DNA of 64,000 nt from Lama glama (GCA_028534125.1 CM052851.1:54126001-54190000), one strand, 5' to 3'. Counted from the first letter of the stretch, positions 37,338-50,595 are shown. Program-made: numbers and translations. The notes: generated from the letters alone by a model not told the origin.

Positions 37338-37487
37338 TTTTTTTCATCTTTCCTACCACCATGAGAATGTCATTATCCAGACAGATTACCATCATCTTGG
37401 GATCACTTAGATAGATTTCTGTATTTTAAAAACATGTTGAACATACTTGAGATTAATATGTCCCACATCAAAATCCAGGTGCTATCA
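37338..37487 (+). repeat. Copy 1 of a ~150-bp local direct duplication
   Basis: Aligns end to end with 38463-38608. Confidence 0.9.
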
Positions 37488-37494
37488 GTCATGA

Positions 37495-37706
37495 AAATCG
37501 TAACACCTCAGTCTTGGGATACAGAAATCAGAACCCTTTCTGAGCATCTCCTGACTCGAGGTAGGCAGGAAGCTTTCTTGCTTTCTGGCCATTAGCTGGA
37601 AGGAAGGAAGTCTGGAGTTGCTATTGGCTATATTCACAGACTTGTAGAAAAAAACCCTAAATGTATTAGGGAAGAAGAAGGCAAAACAGAGAGAGAAGCA
37701 GAGATG

Positions 37707-37784
<78 letters not shown>

Positions 37785-37880
37785 CGAGTATGACAGAGAG
37801 GAGAAGCTTGTAGCTCTTTCCCCTTTTGTATTAACTAATCTGGGTTGGATTTCTGTCACTCGAAATCAAAGAGTTCTGCC
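37495..37880 (+). mobile_element. Old MLT1-like LTR fragment hosting the (AC)n tract
   Basis: gaagtctggagttgctattggctatattc...ctgggttggatttctgtcactcgaaatcaaagagttctg 3' end. Confidence 0.6.
37711..37782 (+). repeat. (AC)36 microsatellite
   Basis: Uninterrupted AC run. Confidence 0.98.
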
Positions 37881-37965
37881 TCTTTCAATGACCATATGGG
37901 ATTCGCAGTCAGAATCAGATACAGCAGTAGGTATATGGAGTTATCCCTGGATACACTAACTTTAC

Positions 37966-38005
37966 GTGTGTGTGCGTGTGTGTGTGCGTGTGTGTGTGTG
38001 TGTGT
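37966..38005 (+). repeat. Imperfect (GT)n microsatellite
   Basis: gtgtgtgtgcgtgtgtgtgtgcgtgtgtgtgtgtgtgtgt. Confidence 0.95.
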
Positions 38006-38462
38006 TTTAACTCCAAAGTAAAGATGAGTATTTAAGGAGTAAAGCAGTAGGCACTTTGCAAAAGAAATGCCAAACTTCAGTTTCTTTGAAATCTCTTAGC
38101 TTTGGGGAAGAGCTGGAGATGATTAGGACAAGGAGTTTCACTTATAAATAAGAAATGAGGAGGGAGCAGCAATACCCTTCTACAGCACAGAAGCTGTCTT
38201 GAAAAGGAATAAAAGGAATTAATTTAGAATCCCAGGCATCCCACTTTTCATCTTCTCTCAGAAACTGAAATGTGATTGAATACATTATATAGTGATAATA
38301 CAGAATTTGCCCTTTTCATATTTAAGGAAGATGAGTCTGTGGATAGATTTTTTGCCTATTAGTTCAGATAAAGAAAATCCTCTTTCTGTCTTTATATTCC
38401 CCATATCAGGGAGGGTCCAGGGAGGGATACAACTTTCCTTCTTTCTACAAATATCAGTCAGG

Positions 38463-38608
38463 TTTTTCTCATTTTTCCCACCACCACGAGAATGCCACTG
38501 TCCAAACAGATGATGATTATCTTGGTATCACTTAGATTTCTGTATTTTGAAAGCATGCTGAACTTATTTGAGACTAATATATACCACATCAAAATGTAAG
38601 TGTTACCA
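38463..38608 (+). repeat. Copy 2 of a ~150-bp local direct duplication
   Basis: Aligns with 37338-37487. Confidence 0.9.
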
Positions 38609-40956
38609 ATTTTAAAAGCCAATAATTTGTGGACAAAGTGGTGGTCCTAAGGGCACTCCATGGAGTTCTGAATTCCTGGAATGACTGGCTTCTCTGTTTC
38701 TAGTATGAGAGCTCACTCTAGTTTTCCTCTGACTAATGTATAAATGATATTTTAACAGTTGATTCATTACCTGGAGGTGTATCAAGTATTGCCTCCTACT
38801 TGTATCTGGAATAGATTATGGGTGGTATAATATTTATTGGCTGAATAAATTCTCCAACTTTTACATAGAGAGAAGCACAGATAAGGTATTATTTTTAGAG
38901 CAAAGACATCTATAATCTCACCCTAATTCATTTACACACTGTTCCTTTTCTTGCTGGAAAGTAGACTGGTAAAAAAAAAATTAAAGTGATGATGGGTTAT
39001 ATTGTTTTTTTTTTAATATTTTTTTACAACTTGGATACTTCCTACATGACTTTATGGAGAAAGACTTTACATAATCTAACAGTGTCAATCAGGCATTGGC
39101 AGCCTTTCAAGGTGGTGGATAGCTCTTTTTATTCCACTGTCTGTCAATGTTTGGTGTTGGCAGAGAGAGCTGCCCTGAAAAGATGGTGGTGAGTAAGGAA
39201 TACTTCCTCCTACCACACTCCTGAGATGAGGGACACAGCAGCTATATGTCACCTCACAGGGAGCAAAGTGGTGTTTAGAACTAACAAGCTCTCAGGCCCT
39301 GGAAGGGAACAGAGGGAGAGGCCAGGAGCCACTGGGTCTGCGTCTCCCTGCAGACAAAGCAGTTGTGCTCCGTGGGTTCTTGTCAGCTGCCTTTGGCTGG
39401 CTGTGATATAGACCAATGCTTCTCTCCTGACATTTTAAAAACAGCTTTATGGAGCTTTACTGATGTATGACAAGGTACATGCAAAGTGCTACTCATCCTT
39501 CTGGGTACTATTTGGTAAGTTCTGACCTAAGTGTATGCCCATGAAGCCATCACCACACCAAGACAATGTACAAAAACGTAACTCCTAAAAGTGTCCTCCT
39601 GAAGCTTTGCTTTTCCTCTCACCAGCTCCTCCTTGCTCTCCTCCACCTCCATTCCTAGGCAACCATTGATCTATTTTCTGTCCCTGTAAGATTACTTTTC
39701 ATTTAATAGAATTTTATGTAAATGGAATCACTTAGTGCATAGTCTTTCTTTCTCTTAGCATAATTATTTTTGAGATTTATCCATATTTTGACATGTATCA
39801 ATAGTTAATTCCTTTCCATTGCTGATTATTCCACTGTACGTATGTATGGTTTGTGTTCACCTACTGATGGACACTTGGGTTGTTACTAGTTTCTGGCTAC
39901 TAGAGATAAAGCTTCTGTGAACATGCGTGTGCAAGCCTTTGTACGGATCTATGCTTTCATTTCTCTTGGTTAAATACTTAGGAGTGGAATATTGGATCAC
40001 ATGGTAGGTCCTGTTGAACTTTTTTGAGAAATTGCCAAACTGTTTTCCAAAGTGGTTGTACCCTTTTACATTCCCACCAGAAGTGTATGGGAGTTCTAGT
40101 TTCTTCACATTCTTGCCAACTCTTAGGATGATCTTCTTTATAATTTAAGCATTCTAATAGGTACGAAGTGGTAGCTCATTGTAGTTTTAATTGTATTTCC
40201 CTACCCCTTACTATGATTGTGAATTTTTTTTCCTTTCATTTCTATTCAGTTTGCTTCATATATTTTGAAGCTGTTTTTGCATGCATAAATGTCTAGGATC
40301 GTTATGTCCTCTTCATGAATTAATCTGCTTATCATTATCAAATGTCCTTCTTTATACTTGGTAATACTCTGTATTCTGAAATCTCTTTTGTCTGATGTGA
40401 TATAGCCACTCCAGCTTTCTTTTGATTAGTGATAGCATGGTGTATCATTTTTCATTCTTTTACTTTGAGTCTATTAGTGTCTTTATAGTTAAGCTGTGTT
40501 TCTTTTGGCAGCATACAGTTGGACCTTGCTTTTTATTCAATCTGACCACATCTGCCTTTTCACTGAGGTATTTAGATCATTTACATTTAACGTTAAGTAT
40601 TGATATGGTTGATATAAATCCACCTTCTTGTTCTTTGTTTTCTCATCTATTTTTTGTTTCCATATTTCCTCTTTTCATATCTTCTTTTGGATTAATTTAT
40701 ATAATTCCACTTCATATCTTTTATTGGCTTGTTAGCTATAACTTTGTTTTATTAATTTAGTGGTTGCTTTAGGATTTATAGCACACAACTTTAATTATTA
40801 CACTCTTCAAGTAATATACCATTTTACATACATGAAGAATCTTAACAACAGTATACTCCCATTTTCCCGTCCTGAACTTTGTGCTGTTTTATCACACATT
40901 TCACTTTTATGTATTTTGTAAACCTCATATTACATGGTTTCTCTTTCTGTTTAAAC

Positions 40957-41515
40957 CAGGGGTTGGCAAACTTTTCGTATAAAGAGACAGTTAACATTTT
41001 AGGCTTTGTGTGCCATTTGGTCTCTACTGCAATCTGTCTCTACCGTTGTAGCTCAAAGCGGCCATGGATAATGTACAGTGCATGACAGTGCAGTACTGTA
41101 TTTTAAAAATAGTCCACGAGAAGGATTTGGTTTGTCTTAGTCCATTTGGGCTGCTATAACAAAATACCACAGACTCAGTAGCTTTGTAAACAACAGACGT
41201 TTATTTCTCACAGTTTTAGAGGCTGAAGTCTGAGACCCGGGTGCCAGCATGTACAGATGAAGGCACTTTCCAGGTCACAGACTTATTGTTGCCTCTTCAC
41301 GTGACAGAAGGGGCAGTGGATCTTTCTGGAATCCCCTCTGTAATGCACTAACTCTGTTCATGACTGTTCCACTCTCATAACCTAAGCACCTCCCAAAAGC
41401 CCCACCTGCTAATACCATCACCTTTGGGCATTAGGATTTCAACATGTGAATTTTGGGGGGGATACACACATTCAGACCGTAGCATGGTCTGTGGGCTATG
41501 GTTTGCTAATCCCTG
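40957..41515. mobile_element. MER58A-like hAT-Charlie element split by an MLT1A
   Basis: Termini caggggttggcaaac ... gtttgctaatccctg; 8-bp TSD gtttaaac/gtttaaat. Confidence 0.85.
41133..41484 (-). mobile_element. MLT1A-like MaLR solo LTR
   Basis: tgtcttagtccatttgggctgctataacaaaatacc ... cattcagaccgtagca; 5-bp TSD tggtt/tggtc. Confidence 0.9.
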
Positions 41516-43911
41516 GTTTAAATAGTCAGTTATCTTTTCAAAGACATTACCATGTCTGGTATTCTTCATTCCTTTATGTAGATTCATATATTCCTCTGGT
41601 ATAATTTTCCTTCTATCTGAAGAAGTTACTTTAACATTTCTTGCTGTGCAGCTTTATTGATGTTAAATTCTTCCAGCTTTTGGATGCCTGAAATGTTCTT
41701 AATTCCATCTTTATTTGTAAAAGGTATTTTTCTGGTATAGAAATCTAAGTTAACAGTTATTTTCCTCTTGCCTTTAAAAACGTGTTGCTTCACTCTTTTC
41801 TTCCTTGTGTTGTTTCCAACAAGAAATCTGTTGTCATTTTTGTCTTTATCCCTGTTTACATGTGACTTGATATTTTTTTCCTTTGGCTGCTTAGAATTTT
41901 TTCTCTTTATAATTGGTTTTAAATAATACTTGGTAGAATTTTCTCCATGTTTCTTGCACTTAGGGTTCATTAAACTTCTTGGCTTTATACATTTATAGTT
42001 TTCATCAAATGGAAAAACTTTGGCTATTCTTCTTCAAACATCCCCCTTCACTAACATTTCAGGGCTCTACTCATCTGTGTACTGGGACTCTTGATGCTTG
42101 TCTCTCCTCTCCTCCTCCTCCCCCTTCTCTTCCTCTTCCTTCTCCTTTCCTTCCTACACATTTTCTTTGTGATTCATTTTGGAGAGTTTCTATCATCATG
42201 TCATCAAGTCACCAGTCTTCTCTTCTGTACTAATTGGCCATTTCCCTCAACTGGTATTTTTTTCATTTTATACATTTTGGTTTTTAATTCAAGAAGTACA
42301 ATTTGGGACATTTAAAAATATCTTCCATGTCTCTAGTTAACTTCTTAACATATGGAATACTATTATAATGTCTGTTTTAATTTCCTTTTCTGCTAACTTT
42401 AACATTTATGTCAGTTCTGGGTAGGTTTTGGTTGAGTGATTTTTGTCTCCTCATTATGGGCTGTATTTTCCTGTTTCTTTGCATATGTGACTAGATGCCA
42501 GACATGGACTTTTACTTTGTTGGGTTCTTTATATTCCTATAAATTTTCATGAGTTTTGTTCTGGATGCAGTTATGTTAGTTGGAAATAGTTTGGTAATTT
42601 TGGGTCCTACTTTTATGATCTGTTAGGTGGGTCTGAAGTAGTGCTCAGTTTAGAGATTACTATTTCCCATTACCAGAGATTTTTTTTAGGTATGCTACTC
42701 AATCACCCATGATCTATGCAGTTTTCCAATCTGCCTATGTGAGGTCAGGCATTGTTCCTTCTAATCCTTTTAGGTGGTTTTTCCCCCAGTCTCAGGTAGT
42801 TCCCTTACATGCATGTGCTGATCAGTACTTAGCTAAGTAATCTGAGAAAGTACTTTCAGATCCCCAAAGTTTTCTCTTTGAACTATCCTTTCCTCATCAG
42901 TAGTCTGCTCTCCAACTGCCTTGGTCCTTTAGGACTTTTAGCCTCATTTCCTCAACTTAGGAAGTTAGGAAGGGCCCAAGGGGCTCTGCCTGGTTTTCTT
43001 CTCCCTGCACTGAACTCTTTCAGGAGACTGTGGTAATTGTAGCCCTTACCTTATTTACTTCCCATCTCTCGGGGAGCACTGTCCTTCTTTGCCTGATTTC
43101 CAGTATTTTGAAAACCATCATTTCATATATTTTGTCCACTTTTTGGTTGTTTCAGGGGGAAGGTAAATGGGTCCCTCTCTAGACTTTCAGTGACATGTAT
43201 TCCAGAGCCAACCATCCAAGGCAGTAGGTATCAGACAGTGAAGTGGTTAAAATTTTAAGTGTCTTAAGAGTGCCTAGTAAATAAATTTCTTTTCTTTGCT
43301 CATATTTAGAATAAATTAGGAGATAGTTGTGGAGTTAGAGAGATGGAGACGGAGACCTGCTCCTTTCTTATATAAGCTGGAGAAAGTAGCTAAGATTTGC
43401 AGTCAGCTCACTAACATTTCACCTTGATGTAGACAGACTTACTCAGTCACAAGCAGCCTGAACAAGCACAATCCAAACCCAGGGGCCAATCCAGAAAAAC
43501 CTGCAGCCTGAAGGGGCAATGAAAGTTTCCCCATGGCAGGTAGGGAAATGCCACAAGGAAAGAGAAGGAGCTGGGTGAAGCTCTATCTTTCAAATTCTAC
43601 AGATAAGCAGCTCCTTCTCCCCTGGGGACACCTGCTGTAGACTTTGCAAGAGGCTTTGAATGCCACTGTAGAAAGGCCCCTACCTGTGGAAACTAGAGGG
43701 GTGGAGATGAATGGTCTCACAAAATGTCCAGTAGTAGCAGATGGTTCTTGGCTCTCCCAAGTGATCTTGGACAAATTAATCTCTAACCTTATTTCTTCTT
43801 TGAAGCTGACCCACAACCTTCAATGAATTTTTGTAGTATGTGCTCCTCACCTAGTCCCTACCATCTCTCTCCCTCTCTTTCTTTCTCTTTTCCTTATGAT
43901 AACACCAGCTT

Positions 43912-44011
43912 NNNNNNNNNNNNNNNNNNNNNNNNNNNNNNNNNNNNNNNNNNNNNNNNNNNNNNNNNNNNNNNNNNNNNNNNNNNNNNNNNNNNNNNNN
44001 NNNNNNNNNNN
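43912..44011. other. Assembly gap (N run)
   Basis: 100 N. Confidence 1.
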
Positions 44012-44199
44012 GTGGAAAGGGTGGAAAGGGCTGGATGTTTAGAGTGCTGAGTACTTGTTCTAACTCTTCCCTAACAACTGTGCCACTTAAGCACACTGCT
44101 TCCCCTCCCTGGGACGTGGTTCCACTATAAAATTAGAAGTTATTCTCCATGGACTTTTATAACTTAATACATTGATAGCAACTGATGTGCTCAATTTAA

Positions 44200-44840
44200 A
44201 ATAAACCCTGTCTTCATTAAACCAGGCAACCCACCCAAACACCGTAGTAGGAAGGACTATTCTATGCTAAGACGTCTAGATAAATCACCATAATCCCAGA
44301 ATGAAAGTCTCTCCCAGTTCCAATCTGTTCTCACTTTTGCCAGCGATCTTTCCAAGAGTTAGTTCTGACCTTGTCTCTTCCTATTTAGTGGCTCTCAGTC
44401 CCTCAGGATAAAGTCCAAACTCTCTAGCAAGGTGCATAAGAGGTCCCACAAAGTCTCCTGCTTTGGCTTTGCTCATCCTCAACCCAGCCCTTGGATACCA
44501 GCCTGCTGGATTATGTACAGTTCCCAAGATGCTCTCCACGCCTTCAGACTCAGTGTTTGCATATGCTATTCCCCTTTTTTGCCTGAGAAATGCTACAAGT
44601 CCTACAAATCTTAGCTCAAGAAACTGCTCCTTAGAAATTCTCCCCCCAACCACCCACACAGAGTTGGTGACTTCCTCCTCAGTGCTTTCTTTAAGTCCAA
44701 TCAAGAGGTGGCATGTTGCCTCTTCTGATGGATTGTGGATTCCTTAATAGAGCATGGGGGTTTTGCCCTACTCCATCTTTCTATTTCTGAAGTCCAGCAT
44801 GGGAATTCAAAAGGGTTTATTGCATGGATGAATGAAAACA
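44200..44840 (+). mobile_element. L2 3' portion
   Basis: ctcaggataaagtccaaactc...tttgcatatgctattccc...ttattgcatggatgaatga. Confidence 0.7.
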
Positions 44841-45419
44841 ATATTTAAACGTAATAAAAGCTATGCCACAATTTAGAAATTTCCTTATTTGAGACTGACT
44901 TTTCCCTGATAATCTGAGTTGGTAAAGGATACTGACATTTCTGAGACTTCTCTAAGAATTGTTGGTCAGGAATATTTTGTCTTGAAAATTGCATCTAAGA
45001 TAAAGAAAGGGTTTAGTTAGTGAACTGGGATTGGATGTTGAGGAGAAGTCATTTGGAAACTGTCAAGAGCAATTTTTTAACAGTACTTTCATCAGCCCAC
45101 AGTAGTAGAGCCTGGTTAATTTGATGTTATGTTAAGCAGAGTCATTGCCATGTTTGTAGAATTTGAAATTGTAATTGATGGTTACAGAAATGAGTGGGCT
45201 TCCTCGAGTCTATACATTTTTGGCTCCTGGAGATGAGCTGTTCAGGTGGAGGCTTATGGCCAACTGATACGGTTGCTGAAAACGGAATTCAAGCATTGAG
45301 TGAGAGTGCTTTCAACTCAAAGATTTTTTTTTTTGATGCTATGAATTTCCAGAGATGTATCTATAGATATATATGAGAAGTGAGGTTCAAAAAGGTGCTC
45401 CATATTGACTGAACGAATT

Positions 45420-45609
45420 CAAAGTTTCGAATCCTGGCACTATTGACATTTTGGACTGTATAGTTCTCTGTTGTTAGAGGCCAACTTGCGCACTGTAGAT
45501 TTACTCATATCCCTGGCTTCTCCTTCCCCCGAGTCGGTCCATCCCCAGTTGTGAAAATTCTCCATACGTTAACAACGGAGAAAGAAAACTGCCCCAGTAA
45601 GAACCACTG
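45420..45609. mobile_element. MER20 hAT-Charlie element
   Basis: ggcactattgacattttggac...ccccagttgtga...aagaaccactg. Confidence 0.8.
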
Positions 45610-46269
45610 AATTAAACGAATAAATTAATTAACATTACCTGAGGAAATCTGAAAGGCTGCATTGTCTATGGTTAAGTTTTTATTTTTGATTTGGTGTTAA
45701 AATTAATTAGATGCAATAAACATACACTGCACATTTGCCTTTGAGGCAATGAACAAGACACTGTACTATGGAATTGCAGAGAGCTGAAAGGAAATCCTGT
45801 CTCCTTAAAAACCTACAGATAACTCCCCTACAGGGTGGTAGGGAGGGTTCAGTGAATCAAAATGAGATCACTGTGTGCAAGTCAGTACCTCTCTTTACCT
45901 GTACAGCCAGTGCCCACACAGTAGTTGTCAATCCATTCTTGCCCCTCGGTAATCAAGCACAGAGTATTCCACACCCATAGCAAAGTCTGACTAGGCATAC
46001 AACGGACACACACATAATTGTTACTACTTCCAGTTATTCTTTGAGAAGATATTATATCAATAAATGACGGAGAAGCATAACAGGAGTATTGTTTTCATTA
46101 GTGCGTAGTAAAAAGGAAAACATTCCATTTCTAATCTTCGAAAAGTTTGATAAATCCTGTTTTGATAAGCTAAAGGGAAGAGACAGAGTAGAAAAATGGG
46201 GATTGACAAGATGAGGGAGCAGATTTTGTCACTTCACCTTTAGCTGGCAGAACCAAGATAATCAGAAGG

Positions 46270-46940
46270 GACAATCGAGTGTAAAATGATTCAGGGGTTC
46301 ACGCTCCAGCTCTGCTACTTATTAGCCATGAGGCCCAAGCTCAATCTCTACAGGGTGGTTATAAAAATTAAGCCACTAATGCATAGTATCTGGCACAAGG
46401 TAGACAATTTTAAATGGTAGTTTTATTTTCCTCATAAGTCTCAAAAATTTAGTAACTCACTCATTCACTCAACACTGAGATGCTACAGACACTCGTGAAT
46501 AGACAGCCAAGGAACTCATACTGATTAGAAAGTAGGCTAGAATCGCAGGTAGAGACCAGACTGTGGTGGTCCTGGAAGAGCATGTTTTTTGGCAGACAAT
46601 GGGAGCAACTGGAGGTTTTGTAGGGAGTGACAGGAAGTGATCCATTTTCAACTCATTTACATAAAATAACTACCACTGTTCCTCTCCCCACCCCCTTACT
46701 CTCTTCTTCTGGCATGTCTATAGTGTTCTATAATTTTTGTCAAGCCTTTGTTCCCATTAGTTAATTTGATTCCCAAAGCAATATACCAGTATATGCATTA
46801 TTACTATCTACATTTTACCACTGAGGAAACAGATGTTCATGTAGTTTGACCAAGGTTACACAGTAGGTAAGAGGCAGAATTTATTCTTGAACCGCAATCT
46901 TAGTATTCCAGACTTTTTCCTGTCTCTTCTATGCTCCACT
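46270..46940. mobile_element. MIR, L2 and MIR fragments
   Basis: ccagctctgctacttattagc; cactcattcactcaacac; ttttaccactgaggaaacaga...caaggttacacag. Confidence 0.6.
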
Positions 46941-47599
46941 ACCATAGGAAGATAAAAACCAACATGGGCCTTGTACGTCATCTACCCACCAGGGAAAAAT
47001 ACAGAACATCCCTGAACACCCTGTTTCCAGGACATAAAAATGCCATTAGACCTGGAATAACTTTATCTTTGGATTTTGTTTCAATACTTAGAGAACTTAG
47101 TGATTGTTCTCTAAGTGCCTTTTGTATGACTGTCATTTGATTTACAGACCTATTGGGAAAAGAAGTAATTTCAAACCATTATTATAACTGCTATTATTTC
47201 ACAAAACAGTACTGTGTTTGGACTGTGCCAATTTTTCCCCTGGCCCAATGCCTTTAAGAATGTGTGCTTTCTGGACCCATATCGAATGTAGATAGTGTTC
47301 TGAACACTTCAATAGCACTACTAAGTCTTAGTTTACTGTAGCACTGCTACTAAATCCTGGTTAGTCTTCATAGTTCATTGCACAGAAGCAGGGTATATCT
47401 TATTAGCTAAAGTTAATAGAGTTCAGCTCTCACATCCATGCTATTAGAACTGGACAAAACTCTTAGGATTTGTGGGGTCTAGCTGTCTCACTTTACAGAT
47501 AAAGACACTAAGATCCAGAGAGGGAAATGGAGTAACTCAGGGCCTGAAGAGAGGAAGGACAGAGGCACTACTCTAACTTAAGTGACTTACCTCCTGTTT

Positions 47600-47768
47600 A
47601 CCCTTGTGACTCTAAAGTATGGCCCAGAGACCAATAGCATCAATGAAACCTGTGAGTTGTCAGAAATGCAGCATCTGGGACCTCACCCCAGACTTATTAA
47701 ATCAAAATCTGAACTGTAGCAGGATACCCAAGTGATTTATATGCATATTAAAATCTAAGAAGCACTGT
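47600..47768. mobile_element. MER5A/B hAT element
   Basis: agaaatgcagcatctgggacctcaccccagactta...ccaagtgatttatatgcatattaaa...aagcactg. Confidence 0.8.
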
Positions 47769-47879
47769 TTTATATTAAATTGAGCTTTTGCTTGTATAGG
47801 TATTTGTAGCTGTGTGTAAGTGTATGTGTATGAGAGTCCATAAGGAAGGAAGGGAGGAGGATCAGGGAAAGGGGGAGAG

Positions 47880-48320
47880 TTAGAGGGAAGGAAAGAGAAA
47901 GGAAGGGAGAGAAGATGACTGGTTGATTGGTTCTAGGGAAGTATGGGCTGGAGCTAATGAAATGTCCAGGTGACGTCCTTTAAATACTTGACAAATGGGG
48001 CTGGCATTCAGGGATGAGATCTGGGGAGGGATATTAATCAGCAGGGCCTTTCTAAATAGGTGGTGGATAAAACATGGAGGAAACGAGATCATCCAAAGAG
48101 AGCAGGAAGGAAATACTAACACTGGGAAGCTGGCAGCCCAGCTGAAAGAGCTATAGGGAAAGGCCAGGATTTAGTGATGAGGACCACACTGTCCTAGAAG
48201 TCAAAAAGTGTTTTTAATTCTTTGGTTAATGTTGCCAGATAACAAAAAAAGATCAGAGAGGTGAAAACTGAAAATTCTCCCTTATATTTAAAAGCTAGTA
48301 GGTCCTTGGTTAATTGGCCA
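47880..48320 (-). mobile_element. L2 fragment
   Basis: gaaatgtccaggtg...gagatcatccaaagagag...aaatgtg-like L2 segments. Confidence 0.55.
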
Positions 48321-49230
48321 GGGAACTCAGCTAAAAACTGTGTCCTCTCAATTCCAGAATCTTTCACTGGACAGATGTTTCAAACTTAGGTTTGCTTGGA
48401 CTGATCTCCACTACCTGATTGTTCCCATTCCCCTCAACTCCTCCCAACACATGTTCCTCAGGTTGAAATTATCCGAGCTGCTAAGTCCCTACACAAAATA
48501 ACTGGGGCGCCCAACCCTGTTGAGGACATCTCAGTTTAATGTGATTGAACGTCTCTTTGAGTAAGTAGATAATGGTTTCAAACAAGCCATAGGGAGCAGA
48601 TGGGCTCCTAGAAAGAAGTCCAGATTTGCTCTTGGTGCCAATGGCTTAGCTGATGCATCAAGAAGGAAGTATTAAAAATTTAAGCCATTTACTCCAACAC
48701 AATTGTCTGTACATAATTTTTAATATGTTATTTGGCCAGCGGCTTGCTTCTAGAGAGAAATAGAAAACATTTTTCAATTTTTAAAAACAGCTAGTAGAAT
48801 TTAGATTCCGAGTTACAACTTAAAAAAACAGGATTACTGAAAGTTACTGCATAAAGTCTCCATTTGCTGGCTTCCTCCTCTGTCTTAGGCTAGAGTGGAG
48901 ACACTAGTCAGTTCTTGATGTTAAAGATATTAGCAGGGTTATGAAAAGTCAGGAGGAGGAAGGATGTCAAGAATGGGTGACACTAACCAGATACAGCCAA
49001 TTTCACTGACATCAGCCCCAAACTATACTTCTTTGCATGGGGTACTAACTAGGTGCCTTCGTACATTATCTTGTTTACTCCTCACAACAACCATATGGAG
49101 TAGGTGTTATTATCTTCATCTTGTACACGAGTCTCAGCAAAGCTATGTAGCATGTTAGTGACAAGAAGCAAGATACAAACTCAGTGTGTATTGAGTCTGT
49201 GTATAACGGGATAATTTAAAAATTTGGGTC

Positions 49231-49291
49231 AGAATCAATGGAAAAAAGTATTATAGAGTAAGAGTCAGTGGAAGAAAAGTATTATACAGTA
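49231..49291 (+). repeat. Diverged ~30-bp tandem duplication
   Basis: agaatcaatggaaaaaagtattatagagta / agagtcagtggaagaaaagtattatacagta. Confidence 0.85.
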
Positions 49292-50595
49292 AAGGAATAC
49301 TTTCTATATTTCCTTTATAAAATCTTACAAATCTATTATATTTCACTAGAGGTAAGGTTGTCTTTCTAAATGTATCATTCAAGGAAAGAGCTAAAGGATG
49401 ATGGCAAAGAATTTCCCCCAAATTAAAGATCCTGGGCCAGCAGGTCCTCTCTCAGCTCTGCCCTTCCATTTATGCTTGAATGGCTGTCTCCTACACCTGG
49501 AATGTTTGTCTGCTCTGCTCACCATCTTTCTACATTCAGTTATCACCTTCAATGAATGGTCTTCTTAAAGTCATCTATGAAGCCATTTAGGGGCCACGAG
49601 CCTCAGCTTCTCCATCTATGACTTAGAAATGACAGACCTAACCCATGAGGTCATTTGGTGTTTAAATCACATAAGGGTACGTAACTCATATGGTAATTTT
49701 GATAGAGAGTAATGGGAAAATACGAAACACTGAGAACAGCAACTGGCCCACTTGAAACCTAGGTCAAAACTTTTAAAAAGGAAATTGTGGTTCATTGAAT
49801 GAAAGAAGCTTTTAAGTGTTAGGTGGATTCAATGACCAAAACCAAAAAGAAAATGGCTAAAACAAAAGAATAAATTGAATTTCTGAAAGACATGTAGAAA
49901 AATCTGTATAAAACTGTTTTTAAAATGTCCAACTAGCCCCTGGATTTTGTAACTATTTGTCTCATTTGTGTAAAAACTGCTCTTTCAGTGTGAATGAGGC
50001 AACTCAATGAGAGACATTTGAGACAGTTTATCTGGCTACCCTTTAGAAATTACCATCAGTTCTCTTTATGCTCAAATACCAGTTATATTTCTCTTGAAGC
50101 AGCGATTAAAATAAGCATTTAATCAGAATGTCCACACCTGATTTTTTTCATAATTATAATCCAACTTAATAAATGCTAGTTTAGTGCCTTATAAATGTAG
50201 CCCATGGTATTAGGTGCTGTGGAGACTCAGAAAATTCACACAGAATTTGTCTTTATCATGAGTTCCATTTCAAGTCTAAGTCTCATAAGGGTGGACACTG
50301 TATTTTATTCAGATTTTGCACATGTAGCCAATGCATGGAGTGGTGGTTTAAGAGGCCAGAAATAATATAAGTAATTTTAGGTTGCTTAGCGACTCTGTGT
50401 TAAGACATAAATCAGGAATTAGGGAAGGGGTGGGACATTTATGTATTCTTTGAAGACATTATGTTGCAAATGGCAAAAGTTGTTAGCACAGGATAGATGG
50501 TGGATGGAGACAAGTTTTACTCTGGAGTCAGAGTAGACTCTGGCTTTAATTGCTTCTAAAGTAGGGGAAAGCTTTTGCGGCTTTCTCATTGTAGA

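Larger units (their letters stand above)
39432..43180 (-). mobile_element. Old L1M with 3' UTR, large ORF2 deletion (junction ~40200), ORF1 remnant and 5' region; hosts nested MER58 and MLT1A
   Basis: ORF 41626-41970(-) KIPFTNKDGIKNISGIQKLEEF...QEMLK resembles the L1 ORF1p C-terminus; L1 3' UTR at 39432-39900. Confidence 0.8.

Noticed and set aside
37361-37414. Kozak-like ccaccATG with a short ORF (MRMSLSRQITIILGSLR)
   Set aside because: The paralogous copy has ACG and lacks 4 bp; no coding evidence
38510-38561. ATGATGA...CTGA resembling C/D snoRNA boxes in duplication copy 2
   Set aside because: Only ~52 nt, no terminal stem, and the boxes are absent from copy 1
41626-41970. 114-aa ORF with L1 ORF1p similarity
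   Set aside because: Frameshifted remnant inside a decayed L1, not a host gene
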